Assembly: GCA_947488845.1 (NCBI GenBank)
Contig: CANLBM010000002.1
Location: 86,799-150,798, forward strand
DNA from: an uncultured Sphingomonadaceae bacterium
GTDB taxonomy: Bacteria > Pseudomonadota > Alphaproteobacteria > Sphingomonadales > Sphingomonadaceae
Length of the DNA: 64,000 nt
Direction of reading: 5' to 3'
Of the stretch, positions 50,501 to 60,615 are shown one piece after another. The notes below the pieces were generated by a model. It was given only the letters and a program-made list of their open reading frames with translations, had not been told where the DNA came from and did no database searches. Made by a program: the position numbers and the translations under genes. The number at the start of each line of letters is the position of its first letter. Within the stretch, counting starts at the first letter, position 1.

Positions 50501-50938
50501 CTATTGATGCTGCGCTTTTGCGTCCGCCATGGCGTCCTGCACAGTCTTTATGAAGCCGGTCAGTTCCTTGATCGAGCTGTCGATGTCGGCCCGCTGCTTC
50601 TTCAGCGTATCCACCTTTTCCTGACATTTCTCGACGGTAACCTGCATCTGCGTCTTCCGGCCGTCGCCAAGATCATAGAGGTCGATCATATCGCGGATTT
50701 CGGTCAGACTGAACCCGACATTCTTGGCGCGCATGATCCAGGCAAGGCGTGCACGGTCACGTTTGGTATATACGCGCGACAGTCCCTTTCGGTTCGGGGC
50801 AATCAGTCCCTCGTCCTCGTAGAATCGCAAGGCACGGGCGGTGACTCCGAATTCAGCCGACAGGTCGGATATCGTATAGGCTTCCCGATTTTGCAGATCG
50901 GGCGTATCAATTTCGGCGTGGTTTGGCGATTGTGACAT
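50501..50938 (-). CDS. MerR-family regulator (LiuR-like)
   Basis: YTISDLSAEFGVTARALRFYEDEGLIAP, GFSLTEI; upstream of the acyl-CoA dehydrogenase. Confidence 0.9.
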   Translation of the reverse strand: MSQSPNHAEIDTPDLQNREAYTISDLSAEFGVTARALRFYEDEGLIAPNRKGLSRVYTKRDRARLAWIMRAKNVGFSLTEIRDMIDLYDLGDGRKTQMQVTVEKCQEKVDTLKKQRADIDSSIKELTGFIKTVQDAMADAKAQHQ

Positions 50939-50952
50939 GCAGGCCTTATAGC

Positions 50953-50973
50953 TTACGCTAACGTAAACGTCAA
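50953..50973. promoter_or_regulatory. Overlapping LiuR-like MerR operator(s)
   Basis: TTACGCTAACGTAAACGTCAA holds two overlapping near-palindromes of TTACGT-NN-ACGTAA type, 14 bp upstream of the start codon. Confidence 0.6.
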
Positions 50974-51500
50974 CCCTCGCCGCCCGGACAAAGACTTTCA
51001 AAATCATGCCCACGGGTGGAACGGGCAACCGCATCGCCCTCGCCGACCAGATAGAAGCTGACCCCGTTAAAGCCGGCGCGCGGACTGCAATAGCTCGCGC
51101 AACCTTTCGGCATGGCGCCGGGCAGACTCAATTCGACACCGTCAAACCGGGCGGTAAAGCTGCACTTTTCTTCACTATTAAGGGTGATGCGGACATTTTC
51201 GCCATCGCGTTCGGCTTCGCCCATGCCTTCGCAAATTGTGTCCGGCCCGAACATCGCGATCATTCCGACCTGATAGCCGTTTTCATCATTGCCGACCGCG
51301 CAAAACCTGTCTGTCCCGAGATCACTCCGCCGTTCAAAGGCACCGGAAAGCGTGACGTTGCGCACATCGGGGATGACGCCCGCATCGATCGCGGCCTGTT
51401 CCAGCGACGAAAGTTCCGCGTCCGTCTTTTCAGGACCGGATTGTTCCTGGCCACAGCCCGCCAGAACCAGAACCGAAATCAAAGGAAGGCAACGAATCAA
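50970..51500 (-). CDS. Hypothetical lipoprotein with several Cys
   Basis: Lipobox LAGC; TTG start overlaps the hisI stop; DRFCAV...CEGMG...CSF...CASYCSPR. Confidence 0.7.
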   Translation of the reverse strand: MIRCLPLISVLVLAGCGQEQSGPEKTDAELSSLEQAAIDAGVIPDVRNVTLSGAFERRSDLGTDRFCAVGNDENGYQVGMIAMFGPDTICEGMGEAERDGENVRITLNSEEKCSFTARFDGVELSLPGAMPKGCASYCSPRAGFNGVSFYLVGEGDAVARSTRGHDFESLCPGGEG

Positions 51501-51868
51501 ACAACCAGCTCCAGCTTTCCGTCGACGATTTTCCGGTAAAAGCAGCTTTGCTGACCGGTATGACAGGCGGGACCCGCCGGCACAGCCTTGATCCACAGCG
51601 CGTCCTGGTCGCAATCGATCCGCATTTCGGTGACCGACAATATATTGCCCGATGTTTCGCCCTTCTTCCACAGGCACTGGCGGCTGCGGGAAAAGAAATG
51701 TGCGACGCCGCTATCCTGCGTCAGCTGCAACGCCTCGGCGTTCATATGCGCCAGCATCAGCAGCTCTCCGGACGAATCATCACTGACGACCGCCGTGATC
51801 AGGCCGTTCGAATCATATTTCGGCTGGAGCGAATTGCCGGTCTCTCGATCATGTCCATTTTTTGTCAT
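51497..51868 (-). CDS. hisI: Phosphoribosyl-AMP cyclohydrolase
   Basis: [38 protein letters not shown]. Confidence 0.95.
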   Translation of the reverse strand: MTKNGHDRETGNSLQPKYDSNGLITAVVSDDSSGELLMLAHMNAEALQLTQDSGVAHFFSRSRQCLWKKGETSGNILSVTEMRIDCDQDALWIKAVPAGPACHTGQQSCFYRKIVDGKLELVV

Positions 51869-52045
51869 GGCAATGGATTAAGGCGCGATCCGTTCCCGTG
51901 CAACGGCTAATGGCGCAATTGGCAGAGCCCCTTTCTACCCAATCACGCAATATTATGATTTTATGACATTGGGGGCAGACAAAGCCCCCTTTCGTACCTA
52001 TATGGCAGGCATCCCGCGCCCGTCCAATTACATGCCAGGTGAGAT

Positions 52046-53569
52046 ATGCTGACAACCCACCCGTTTGATGACGACAAGCTACGGGAAGAGTGTGGCGTGT
52101 TCGGGATCGCCGGCATCGACGACGCAGCCGCCATGGTTGCGCTCGGCCTCCACGCCCTCCAGCACCGGGGACAGGAAGCCGCCGGCATCACCTGCCGCAA
52201 CGGCAAGGAATTTTACAGCCACCGCGCGCTCGGCCCGGTCGCCGGCAATTTCGACAGCGAAGAAATAATCAACCGGCTGCGCGGCGATTCCGCCTGCGGC
52301 CATGTCCGCTATTCGACCACCGGTGCGGGCACGTTGCGCAACGTCCAGCCGCTCGAAGCCGACCTCGCGTCCGGCGGCTTCGCCATCGCGCATAATGGCA
52401 ATATTTCCAATGCCCTGGCACTGCGGGACGAACTGGTCCGCCATGGTTCGATTTTCCAGTCGACCAGTGACACCGAAGTCATCATCCATCTCGTCGCCAC
52501 TTCCAAATATCGTACCCTGCTCGACAAGTTCATCGATGCCCTGAAGCAGGTCGAAGGCGCTTATTCCCTGATCTGCATGACCGCCGAAGGCATGATCGCC
52601 TGCCGCGATCCGCTCGGCATCCGTCCGCTGGTGATGGGCCGGATCGGCGAAGCCTATGTCTTCGCTTCCGAAACCGTTGCGCTCGATCTGGTCGGCGCGG
52701 AATATGTCCGCAGCGTCGAACCCGGCGAACTGATCGTGGTCACCAACGGTGAACTGCGCTCCCATCGTCCCTTCCCGAACAATCAGGCCCGGCCCTGCAT
52801 TTTCGAACATGTCTATTTCTCGCGCCCCGATTCGATTGTCGACGGCAACTCGGTTTACAGCGTCCGCAAGGGGATCGGCGCGCAGCTGGCGATCGAAAGC
52901 CCGGTCGATGCGGATTATGTCATCCCCGTGCCCGACAGCGGCACCCCTGCCGCGCTCGGCTTTTCCGAACAATCGGGCATCCCGTTCGAACTGGGCATCA
53001 TCCGGTCGCATTATGTCGGCCGGACCTTCATCCAGCCGGGCGACGGTGTTCGCCATCTCGGCGTCAAGCTGAAGCACAATGCCAACCGGCCATTGGTCAA
53101 CGGCAAGAAAATCGTGCTGGTCGATGACTCGATCGTGCGCGGCACCACCAGCCTCAAGATCGTCCAGATGATGCGCGAAGCCGGTGCTGCCGAAGTCCAT
53201 ATGCGGATCGCCAGCCCGCCGACAATGCACAGCTGCTTCTATGGCGTGAACACGCCGAAGCGGGAAAAGCTGCTCGCCGCCCGCAAATCGATCGAGGAAA
53301 TGCGCGAATTCATCCAGGCCGACAGCCTGGCATTTGTCTCGATCGACGGTCTCTACCGCGCTGCGGGCGAAGACACCCGCCACGATCTCCAGCCGCAATA
53401 TTGCGACGCCTGTTTCACCGGCGCCTATCCGACCGTTCTCACCGACCGCGATGGCGAGGAAGAAACGGACCAGCTGACGATGCTCAACGAGCGTTCGGAT
53501 TCATCCGGCACGGCGCGGGACCGTGAACCATCCGGCGACCTGCCCCGCCTCAAGCAATCAGCGAACTGA
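52046..53569 (+). CDS. purF: Amidophosphoribosyltransferase
   Basis: EE|CGVFG N-terminal nucleophile, LQHRGQE, GHVRYST, CIFEHVYF, LVDDSIVRGTTS. Confidence 0.97.
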   Translation: MLTTHPFDDDKLREECGVFGIAGIDDAAAMVALGLHALQHRGQEAAGITCRNGKEFYSHRALGPVAGNFDSEEIINRLRGDSACGHVRYSTTGAGTLRNVQPLEADLASGGFAIAHNGNISNALALRDELVRHGSIFQSTSDTEVIIHLVATSKYRTLLDKFIDALKQVEGAYSLICMTAEGMIACRDPLGIRPLVMGRIGEAYVFASETVALDLVGAEYVRSVEPGELIVVTNGELRSHRPFPNNQARPCIFEHVYFSRPDSIVDGNSVYSVRKGIGAQLAIESPVDADYVIPVPDSGTPAALGFSEQSGIPFELGIIRSHYVGRTFIQPGDGVRHLGVKLKHNANRPLVNGKKIVLVDDSIVRGTTSLKIVQMMREAGAAEVHMRIASPPTMHSCFYGVNTPKREKLLAARKSIEEMREFIQADSLAFVSIDGLYRAAGEDTRHDLQPQYCDACFTGAYPTVLTDRDGEEETDQLTMLNERSDSSGTARDREPSGDLPRLKQSAN

Positions 53570-53571
53570 TC

Positions 53572-54273
53572 ATGAAGTTTGAAGGTCAACTGGCGCTCGT
53601 TACGGGTGCAAGCCGCGGTATCGGTGCAGCAACCGCCCTCGCCCTGGCGAAGGAAGGCGCCCATGTCGTCATCACCGCGCGCAGCGCCGACGATCTCGAA
53701 AAAATCGAAGAGCAGATCCATCAGGCCGGCGGCAACGCGACCATCGCGCCGCTCGACCTGACCGACGGCGACAGCATCGGGCGTCTCGCCACCGCGATCT
53801 CCGGTCGCTGGGACGGACTCGACATCCTCGTGCTCAACGCCGCCATGCTCGGATCGCTGGGACCGGTTCCCGCCATTGATGGCAAGGAATTCAACAAGGT
53901 CCTTACGCTCAATCTGATCGCGCAACAGGCGCTGATCGCCGGATTTGATCCGATGCTCCGCAAAAGCGAAAACGCCCGCCTGCTGGCGATCACCAGCAGC
54001 GTCGGTCGCAAGCCGCGTGCATTCTGGGGCGCATATGGTGCATCAAAAGCCGCGCTAGAGACACTTGTGCTCAGTTACGGTGAAGAAATGCGCAATCTGG
54101 GCAAGATTCGCACGGCGATTGTCGATCCCGGCAAGACCCGCACCGAAATGCGCGCGAACGCCTATCCGGGCGAAGACCCGGCCAGTCTCAAGCCACCCTC
54201 GGCGGTCGCCGACCGGCTGGTGGAAATACTCGCCAGCGATTTCGAAACCGGCGAGCATTTCCAGGTCAGCTGA
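53572..54273 (+). CDS. Short-chain dehydrogenase/reductase (YciK-like)
   Basis: TGASRGIG, LNAA, WGAYGASK, DPGKTRT.MRA.AYPGE. Confidence 0.88.
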   Translation: MKFEGQLALVTGASRGIGAATALALAKEGAHVVITARSADDLEKIEEQIHQAGGNATIAPLDLTDGDSIGRLATAISGRWDGLDILVLNAAMLGSLGPVPAIDGKEFNKVLTLNLIAQQALIAGFDPMLRKSENARLLAITSSVGRKPRAFWGAYGASKAALETLVLSYGEEMRNLGKIRTAIVDPGKTRTEMRANAYPGEDPASLKPPSAVADRLVEILASDFETGEHFQVS

Positions 54274-55471
54274 CCGGCGGCTCTGCCGCCACATATTTCT
54301 GCACCGCTTCGTAAAAGGCGTTCCGCTGGTTCTTCTGCTCGTCGGGTGACGCGCTCGGCCAGTTGCCGTTGGTGGCAATCACCAGCTTGTGCGCCGGATC
54401 GATAAAGATCCCCTGGCCGAAAATGCCCTGACCGGCAAAGCTGCCGTCATCAAAGGTCCACCACTGATAGCCATAGCCGCGACCCGGTGCGCCGATGTCC
54501 GCCTGTTTCTTGCCGGCCTTGGCAAACCAGCCCTCGGGCACGACCGAAGTCCCGCCGATCTTGCCGCCTTCCATCGCGAACTGCCCGAATAGCGCATAGT
54601 CGCGAACCGTCGCGGAAATGCAGCAACCGCCAATCTCCTTGCCGCCTTCGTTGAGCAGCCATTCGGCATCCTGCCCCATGCCATAAGGCTTCCAGACTTT
54701 TTCGGACAGATATTCAGACAATGTCTTGCCGGTTGCCTTGGCTACCAGCACCCCGATCAGATTGGTCTCGCCGGTATTATATTGCCAGCGCGTGCCCGGC
54801 GTCGCTTCGTTCTCCAGCGTCTTCATATAGACGATGATCGGATCCATGCCGTCGACCGGCTTGGTTTCGTTGAACAGCGCCACATCGGATTTCGGATCGG
54901 CATAATCCTCGTTCCACTTCACCCCCGAGGTCATGGTCAGCAGCTGCAATACCGTGACCCCGTCATAGCCGCTGCCCTTGAGCTCCGGGATATAGGCGGT
55001 CAGCGGATCGTCGATCGACTTGATATGCCCGTCCTTGATGGCCGCGCCGACCAGCGTCGAGACCAGCGATTTGGCGACCGAGAAAGAGGTCCAGCGCCCG
55101 TCCTTGTCGAAATCGCGGCGATATTCTTCCTTGCGGATCTTGCCATCCTGCAAAATCACCATCCCGGCCAGCCTTTGCTGTTCCATATATTCGCTGATCG
55201 ACAGCGGTTTTCCGGCCACTTCGAAACTATCCGGAAGCGGATTTCCGGCCTCCAGTTTCCGTACATTATCACCAGCTTCAATCGTGTTGGACGGGGCCAA
55301 TGTGTCCATCATCCGGAAAGCCTTGTCGCGCTGGGCATCGGTCCAGAACAGGATATTCTTGTCGGTCGGCAGACCGGCAACGTCGGCCGCCGCTTTCTGC
55401 ACCTGCTCGCACGCCGTCAGGCTCAGGCAGGTTGCGCCCAGCAATGCCAATGTCCCCAAAATCCTCATCAT
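54266..55471 (-). CDS. Serine hydrolase lipoprotein (class C beta-lactamase/NylB-like)
   Basis: Lipobox LTAC; SFSVAKS (SxxK), YNT (YxN-like), QLLTMTSG. Confidence 0.85.
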   Translation of the reverse strand: MMRILGTLALLGATCLSLTACEQVQKAAADVAGLPTDKNILFWTDAQRDKAFRMMDTLAPSNTIEAGDNVRKLEAGNPLPDSFEVAGKPLSISEYMEQQRLAGMVILQDGKIRKEEYRRDFDKDGRWTSFSVAKSLVSTLVGAAIKDGHIKSIDDPLTAYIPELKGSGYDGVTVLQLLTMTSGVKWNEDYADPKSDVALFNETKPVDGMDPIIVYMKTLENEATPGTRWQYNTGETNLIGVLVAKATGKTLSEYLSEKVWKPYGMGQDAEWLLNEGGKEIGGCCISATVRDYALFGQFAMEGGKIGGTSVVPEGWFAKAGKKQADIGAPGRGYGYQWWTFDDGSFAGQGIFGQGIFIDPAHKLVIATNGNWPSASPDEQKNQRNAFYEAVQKYVAAEPPVS

Positions 55472-55491
55472 CCGTTCTCCCGTTATTATGT

Positions 55492-56736
55492 TTATTTTAT
55501 CAATGTAACCTGAGCGACATCGATGCCGCCGCCGCGAAAACCACCTTCGCAATAAGCGAGATAGAATCGCCATAGCCGGACGAACCGCTCGTCGAAACCG
55601 GTCGGCAGGGCGCCGCGTTCGACCGCATCGTCGAAACGCTCGCGCCAGATTCTCAGCGTCTCCGCATAGTCGAGGCCGAAATTCAGCTGGTCGCTCCATT
55701 GCAAACCGCGCTCCTCGGCCAGTGCCCGGAAACGGCTTTCCGAAAGCAGCATGCCGCCGGGGAATATATAGGTCTGGATAAAGTCGGCGCTGGAGGCATA
55801 TTGTTCGAAAATATCATCGGCAATCGAGATATATTGCAGCGCCGCCCGGCCGCCGGGTTTCAGGTTCCGCGCGATGCAATCGAGAAAATCGGGCCAATAT
55901 TGCTGACCGACCGCCTCGACCATCTCGACGCTGGCAATGGCATCATATTGCCCCTCCACGTCGCGGTAATCCTGTATCAGAAACTGGGCCTCGGGATGAT
56001 GTTCCCGCGCCCAGGCGGTCTGCTCGTCGGACAGCGAAATGCCGGTCACGTCCAGACCATGATCGCGCGCCAGACTGCCGGAAAGCGAGCCCCAGCCACA
56101 GCCGATTTCCAGCACGCTGTCGCCCGGACTGGTCAACAACCGCTCCGCAATGGCCGCGACCTTGTCATGCTGCGCATCAGCTAAACTATTGTTTTTATTG
56201 GAGAAAATCGCACTGGAATAGCTCATGCTCTCGTCAAGCCAAAGGCGGTAGAAGTCATTGCCGAGGTCATAATGATATTGAATATTCTGCCGCGCGCGCC
56301 GTTTGTCATTGTCCCGCTTCTTGTGACGGCGCTTGACCACCCAGTTGAAAAAACCGGAAGCCCGACCGGTGCTTTTCAAACCTTCGCGGTTGCGGGTGAA
56401 CAGGTCGAACACCGACACCAGATCGTCACTTTCCCACTCGCCCAGTTCCCATGCCCTATACCAGCCGACCGATCCGCCGTTGATCAGCCGCAGCAGGGCG
56501 TTCCAGCTGTGCAGCTCGACCGTCGCCATCGGCCCGTCGCCGCGGCCTCCCAATATTCTGGTAGTCCCGTCGGGCAATTTACCCTCGAACGTGCCGTGAT
56601 CCATGCCCGCGTCGATCCGGTCGAGAATATGGTGAAAGCCCGGCGCGAACAGGCGCGCGAAAAAACCGCTGCCTGTGGCAAAGCGTTTGCGCGCATCCAG
56701 CAGATGCTGCCCGCGTTTGGGAGTTTCGACGTTCAT
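55492..56736 (-). CDS. cfa: Cyclopropane-fatty-acyl-phospholipid synthase family SAM methyltransferase
   Basis: HYDLGNDFY, MSYSSA, LEIGCGWG, SVEMVEAVG, YIFPGG. Confidence 0.88.
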   Translation of the reverse strand: MNVETPKRGQHLLDARKRFATGSGFFARLFAPGFHHILDRIDAGMDHGTFEGKLPDGTTRILGGRGDGPMATVELHSWNALLRLINGGSVGWYRAWELGEWESDDLVSVFDLFTRNREGLKSTGRASGFFNWVVKRRHKKRDNDKRRARQNIQYHYDLGNDFYRLWLDESMSYSSAIFSNKNNSLADAQHDKVAAIAERLLTSPGDSVLEIGCGWGSLSGSLARDHGLDVTGISLSDEQTAWAREHHPEAQFLIQDYRDVEGQYDAIASVEMVEAVGQQYWPDFLDCIARNLKPGGRAALQYISIADDIFEQYASSADFIQTYIFPGGMLLSESRFRALAEERGLQWSDQLNFGLDYAETLRIWRERFDDAVERGALPTGFDERFVRLWRFYLAYCEGGFRGGGIDVAQVTLIK

Positions 56737-56803
56737 GGCGCAAATATGGACCAGCGTTAACCGCTTGGCAACGTAGAACTATCCCTTAGTTCCCGGTAAT
56801 CGG

Positions 56804-57586
56804 TCAGCTTCCCGGCGCGGCAGCAGACCCGGCCAAAATGCCGCCATCAATGTTCAGTTCCGACCCGGTGATATAGGTCGCCTCGTCGGACGCCAGCAGC
56901 ACCGCGATCGCCGCCACTTCGCTGTCCTTGCCGAACCGCTGCAGCGGCGTATCGCGGACCAGCGCCTTTTCCGAGGCCTCTCGCGCTTCGCCCTCGCCCA
57001 GCATCGGTTCCCACATCGGCGTCATGATCGCGGCGGGGTGGATCGAATTGCAACGGATTTGCCAGCCCTGCTGCGCACAATAAAGCGCGACCGACTTGCT
57101 GTGGTTGCGGATGGCGGCCTTGGACGAGGCATAGGCCGCTGCGCCGGGTATGCCGACCAGCCCGGAGCGCGACGAGATGTTGATGATCGATCCCGTGCCC
57201 TTGTCCTTCATCGCCCTGATCGCATAGCGACAGCCAAGAAAGGTCCCGTCCAGATTGACCCGGTGGACAGCGCGCCAGTCTTCGAGCGAGGCATTTTCCG
57301 GATCATGGGGGCCAATGCCCTTTTCAAAACCGGTGATCCCTGCATTGTTGACCACGACATCGGCCCTCGGGTGCAAGGCCGCGAGCCGCTCCCAGTCGGC
57401 TTCCTGCTCCACGTCGAGCGGCAATGTTTCGCAGCCTAGCTCCTCTCCGGCTGACTGCAGCATCTCGGCATCGCAGTCGGTGAGCAGAACCGTCGCGCCT
57501 TCGTCGACAAAGGCCCTGGCAATGGCCTTGCCGATGCCGCGGGCAGCACCGGTGATAACGCAAAATTTTCCTGATAATCTGTGCAT
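56804..57586 (-). CDS. Short-chain dehydrogenase/reductase (hydroxysteroid/cyclic alcohol dehydrogenase-like)
   Basis: [36 protein letters not shown]. Confidence 0.88.
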   Translation of the reverse strand: MHRLSGKFCVITGAARGIGKAIARAFVDEGATVLLTDCDAEMLQSAGEELGCETLPLDVEQEADWERLAALHPRADVVVNNAGITGFEKGIGPHDPENASLEDWRAVHRVNLDGTFLGCRYAIRAMKDKGTGSIINISSRSGLVGIPGAAAYASSKAAIRNHSKSVALYCAQQGWQIRCNSIHPAAIMTPMWEPMLGEGEAREASEKALVRDTPLQRFGKDSEVAAIAVLLASDEATYITGSELNIDGGILAGSAAAPGS

Positions 57587-57744
57587 AAGAGGTCCTGAAT
57601 ATAGGTGTCAAAATGTCCAGCCCGGCGGACTGGAAAGCATATATTTTGATAATGCCTGACGGCGACCTACTTGTTCATCGACCCGATATCCTTGTGATCT
57701 GCGCCATTGATAGCGGCCTGGCGCGCAGATTTCAATTCCCCGGC

Positions 57745-59139
57745 TCATTTGACCTTTGCATAAGCGTCGAGCGCGCGTTGTCTCGCTTCCTTGTGGCCGA
57801 TGATCTTGGCGGGATAATCCGCTGGCCTGCAGCCATGATCCTCCGGATCGTGAATATAGGGATCATCAATATCAGCCAGTTCCGGCACCCATTGGCGGAT
57901 GTAGTCTCCCGCATCGAATTTCTCCGACTGGGTCAGCGGCGCCATGATCCGGACGAACATATTGCTGTCGACACCGGTGCCCGAAACCCATTGCCAGTTG
58001 ACGCTGTTGGAGGCGTAATCGGCGTCTACCAACGTGTCCCAGAACCATTTCTCGCCCTCGCGCCAGTCGATCAGCAGATGCTTGATCAGGAAACTGGCGG
58101 CAATCATCCGCACCCGGTTGTGCATCCAGCCGGTCGCCCAGAGTTCGCGCATCCCTGCGTCGACGACCGGATAGCCGGTCCGGCCCTGACACCAGGCCTC
58201 GAAGTCTGCTTTCACCGCATCATCACCCAAATCGCGCCACGGCAGCGCGCGCATTTTCTCGCGATAGCTCTCGCCGCCATATTGCGAGAACTGGTCGATC
58301 ACATTTTGCGCATAGTCGCGCCAGACCAGCTCCTTGAGATAGGTCTCGACCTTGCTCCCCTGCCCCGCCAGCCGGTTCCAGACGGTCGCCGGGCTGATCT
58401 CGCCAAAATGCAGATGCGGCGACAGGCGCGATACCAGTTCTTCGGACGGCAGATTACGCCCTTTGTCATACTCCGCCGCCTTGTCGGCAAAATCCTCGAG
58501 ATTGTCTTCCGCGCCCGCCGACCCGGGTTGCCAATGGTCGCCAAAAGCTGCGGCCCAGTCCGGTCTGGTCGGCAACAGGCCCCAATCGTCCAGAGCATCA
58601 CTGTCCGGCCAGCTGACTGGTGCATCGAGGCTGTCAGGCGCGGAAGCGGCTTCCCCCGGCGACATATGCTGGCGGAGCGCCTTCCAGAACGGCGTGTAGA
58701 TTTTATAGGGCGTACCGGCGCCGGTCGTCACCGTTCCGGGCGGCAGCAGATAATTGCCATCATGCAGGATCAGCCGGGCCTCGTCGCCGAGAGATTTTTC
58801 CAACATCCGCTCGGCATTGATCCACCACGGCTCGTAATGATGCAGCGCATGGACTTCATCCGCGCCGGTCGATTTGACAATTTCGGCCAAACGCTCCGCA
58901 GCCGGCCCCTGACGCAGGATCAGACGTGATCCCAAAGCCTGAAAACATGCTTCCAAATCTTCCAATGACCGGTGCAGCCACCAGCGCGAAGCCCCGCCCA
59001 TGATGCGGTGTTTCGGCGTTTCGTCGTCGAGAATATAGACCGGGATGACCGGGCCGCCGGAAGCGGCGGCAGCGGCGACGGCGGCCTGGTCGGAAAGGCG
59101 CAGATCGCGACGGAACCAGATGATTTTGGGTGTTGTCAT
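57745..59139 (-). CDS. phr: Class I CPD photolyase
   Basis: WFRRDLRLSD, SRLSPHLHFGEIS, GRTGYPVVDAGMREL..TGWMHNRVRM, WQWVSGTG. Confidence 0.92.
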   Translation of the reverse strand: MTTPKIIWFRRDLRLSDQAAVAAAAASGGPVIPVYILDDETPKHRIMGGASRWWLHRSLEDLEACFQALGSRLILRQGPAAERLAEIVKSTGADEVHALHHYEPWWINAERMLEKSLGDEARLILHDGNYLLPPGTVTTGAGTPYKIYTPFWKALRQHMSPGEAASAPDSLDAPVSWPDSDALDDWGLLPTRPDWAAAFGDHWQPGSAGAEDNLEDFADKAAEYDKGRNLPSEELVSRLSPHLHFGEISPATVWNRLAGQGSKVETYLKELVWRDYAQNVIDQFSQYGGESYREKMRALPWRDLGDDAVKADFEAWCQGRTGYPVVDAGMRELWATGWMHNRVRMIAASFLIKHLLIDWREGEKWFWDTLVDADYASNSVNWQWVSGTGVDSNMFVRIMAPLTQSEKFDAGDYIRQWVPELADIDDPYIHDPEDHGCRPADYPAKIIGHKEARQRALDAYAKVK

Positions 59140-59153
59140 GGTAATTCCATGAC

Positions 59154-60134
59154 TCAGGGGACCGTTTGATCCAACCTGTCTTTTCGGACATTCACCCGAA
59201 CCGAGAACCGGTCCCCGACCAGCGGATCCATGAAGCGCTGGTCCCTGACAATGGCCTCGGACTGATCCCGCTCGACAACCGGCATCCGCGACCAGAACAG
59301 GAAAGCCGCGGCGTCATCGCTGGCGGTTGCCAGTTCGGGAAGCAGCGCCCGTCCGGATTCGGACATGTCCTGTTTTTCATCAAGAACCAGTCCACCAAAG
59401 AGATCATAAGCCCCTGACCCATAAGCAGATTCATTCCGCCACAACATTTCCCGCTTCCAGAACTGGAGCGGTACCGGATTGGCCACCACCATATTTGCTT
59501 CGCCATTCGCCTCGCCCTGAGCAGCGTTGCGCGCGAGCAGCGACTTGGTCTCCGCTTCCGCCTCGCCGGTGATCATGCCATTGGCAAAAATATAGGCGCA
59601 GACCGCAGCAAAGCTGATCCACGCGGGTCGCTGCCAGTTGCCAGCCCGCTTCTTCTCGCGTCGCCGCGAAAGCCACAGGCCCGCGATCAGCGCCGCCCAG
59701 ATCCAGAGATCAATGATGAAGATGCTGTCGCCGTAAAACCATTGCGACGAGAAGGGCTCGAGCAGACGGATGCCATAGCTGTTGAGCCAGTCCAGCGCCG
59801 GATGGCTGAGACAGCCGATATAGGCCAGTGCCAGCAGCCAGCCCCTGTGGATCGGCAAACGATCCGCCGGCCGCTTCCCGCGCATCCCCTGCCAGCGGTC
59901 AAAGCCGATCATGATCCCGGTCAGCAGCAGCGGCAACAGCAGCATAGCGATCGGCCCATGAGTAATCCCGCGCCGGATCGCCAGATGCTGCACCCCGTCG
60001 AGCAAGGTCGCCACCGCATCGATATCCGGAATATTGGCGGCAATAATCAGCGTCGCCATGCCGAGGCCGGTTTTTTTCTTGAGCCCCATCTGGCCGAGAA
60101 CGGCACCGGCGAGGCTGTGGGTTAGGTTATCCAA
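59154..60134 (-). CDS. Inner-membrane metal-dependent hydrolase (YdjM-like); TTG start
   Basis: MDNLTHSL, ANIPDID, RRGITH, SHPALDWLNSYG.RLL.PF. Confidence 0.85.
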   Translation of the reverse strand: MDNLTHSLAGAVLGQMGLKKKTGLGMATLIIAANIPDIDAVATLLDGVQHLAIRRGITHGPIAMLLLPLLLTGIMIGFDRWQGMRGKRPADRLPIHRGWLLALAYIGCLSHPALDWLNSYGIRLLEPFSSQWFYGDSIFIIDLWIWAALIAGLWLSRRREKKRAGNWQRPAWISFAAVCAYIFANGMITGEAEAETKSLLARNAAQGEANGEANMVVANPVPLQFWKREMLWRNESAYGSGAYDLFGGLVLDEKQDMSESGRALLPELATASDDAAAFLFWSRMPVVERDQSEAIVRDQRFMDPLVGDRFSVRVNVRKDRLDQTVP

Positions 60135-60141
60135 AATTTAT

Positions 60142-60605
60142 CTCGCACGAAGCCACGAAGGCACAAAGAATTTCCGTTGCCTAGCCTCTGAAATAGTTAT
60201 TTGCCAGACGTTTGACGCCCTCTTTGAAAGTGGCTGCGCCAAAGTTCATCAGGAAACCCAATGGCAAATTCATCAACCGCAAATAGGTTAGCAGTTGTTT
60301 GGCATGAACCGGCGAGTGACGTTCGGTAGACTTTAATTCTATCAATAGTCGCTTTTCGACGATGAGGTCGGCGCGAAAGGCCTCGTGCAAAACCCGGCCC
60401 CTGAACGTTATAGGAATGATCTTCTGTCTTTCGACAGAAAGCCCCTTTGCCTTCAGGCTTTCAAAAAGCAATATTTCATAGACGGACTCAAGCAGCCCCG
60501 GCCCAATATCCTTGTGCAGGTGAAACCCGCAATCGATGGAGATTCTGGCGATGGACTCTAGATCTTGCACACTCTCATCTTAGTGGCTTCGTGTCTTCGT
60601 GCGAG
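60142..60605 (-). mobile_element. Putative minimal nuclease cassette: GxxExxY gene between 28-bp inverted repeats
   Basis: Left arm 60142-60169 CTCGCACGAAGCCACGAAGGCACAAAGA; reverse complement of right arm 60578-60605 CTCGCACGAAGACACGAAGCCACTAAGA (25/28 identical); lower GC interior. Mobility is inferred, not shown. Confidence 0.6.
60181..60570 (-). CDS. GxxExxY protein (PD-(D/E)XK nuclease superfamily)
   Basis: GPGLLESVY motif, RADLIVE (D), IELK (ExK), QLLTYL; 129 aa; GTG start; about 48% GC (189/390, hand count). Confidence 0.92.
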   Translation of the reverse strand: MQDLESIARISIDCGFHLHKDIGPGLLESVYEILLFESLKAKGLSVERQKIIPITFRGRVLHEAFRADLIVEKRLLIELKSTERHSPVHAKQLLTYLRLMNLPLGFLMNFGAATFKEGVKRLANNYFRG

Positions 60606-60615
60606 CCAAAAAACT

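Noticed and set aside
51973-51993. GGGGGC-N7-GCCCCC-TTT hairpin as an attenuator before purF
   Set aside because: It overlaps a promoter-like tract ending in CCTATAT; no leader peptide or aptamer seen.
53490-53569. About 20 extra C-terminal residues on PurF
   Set aside because: This end is variable in the family and shows no motif or repeat.
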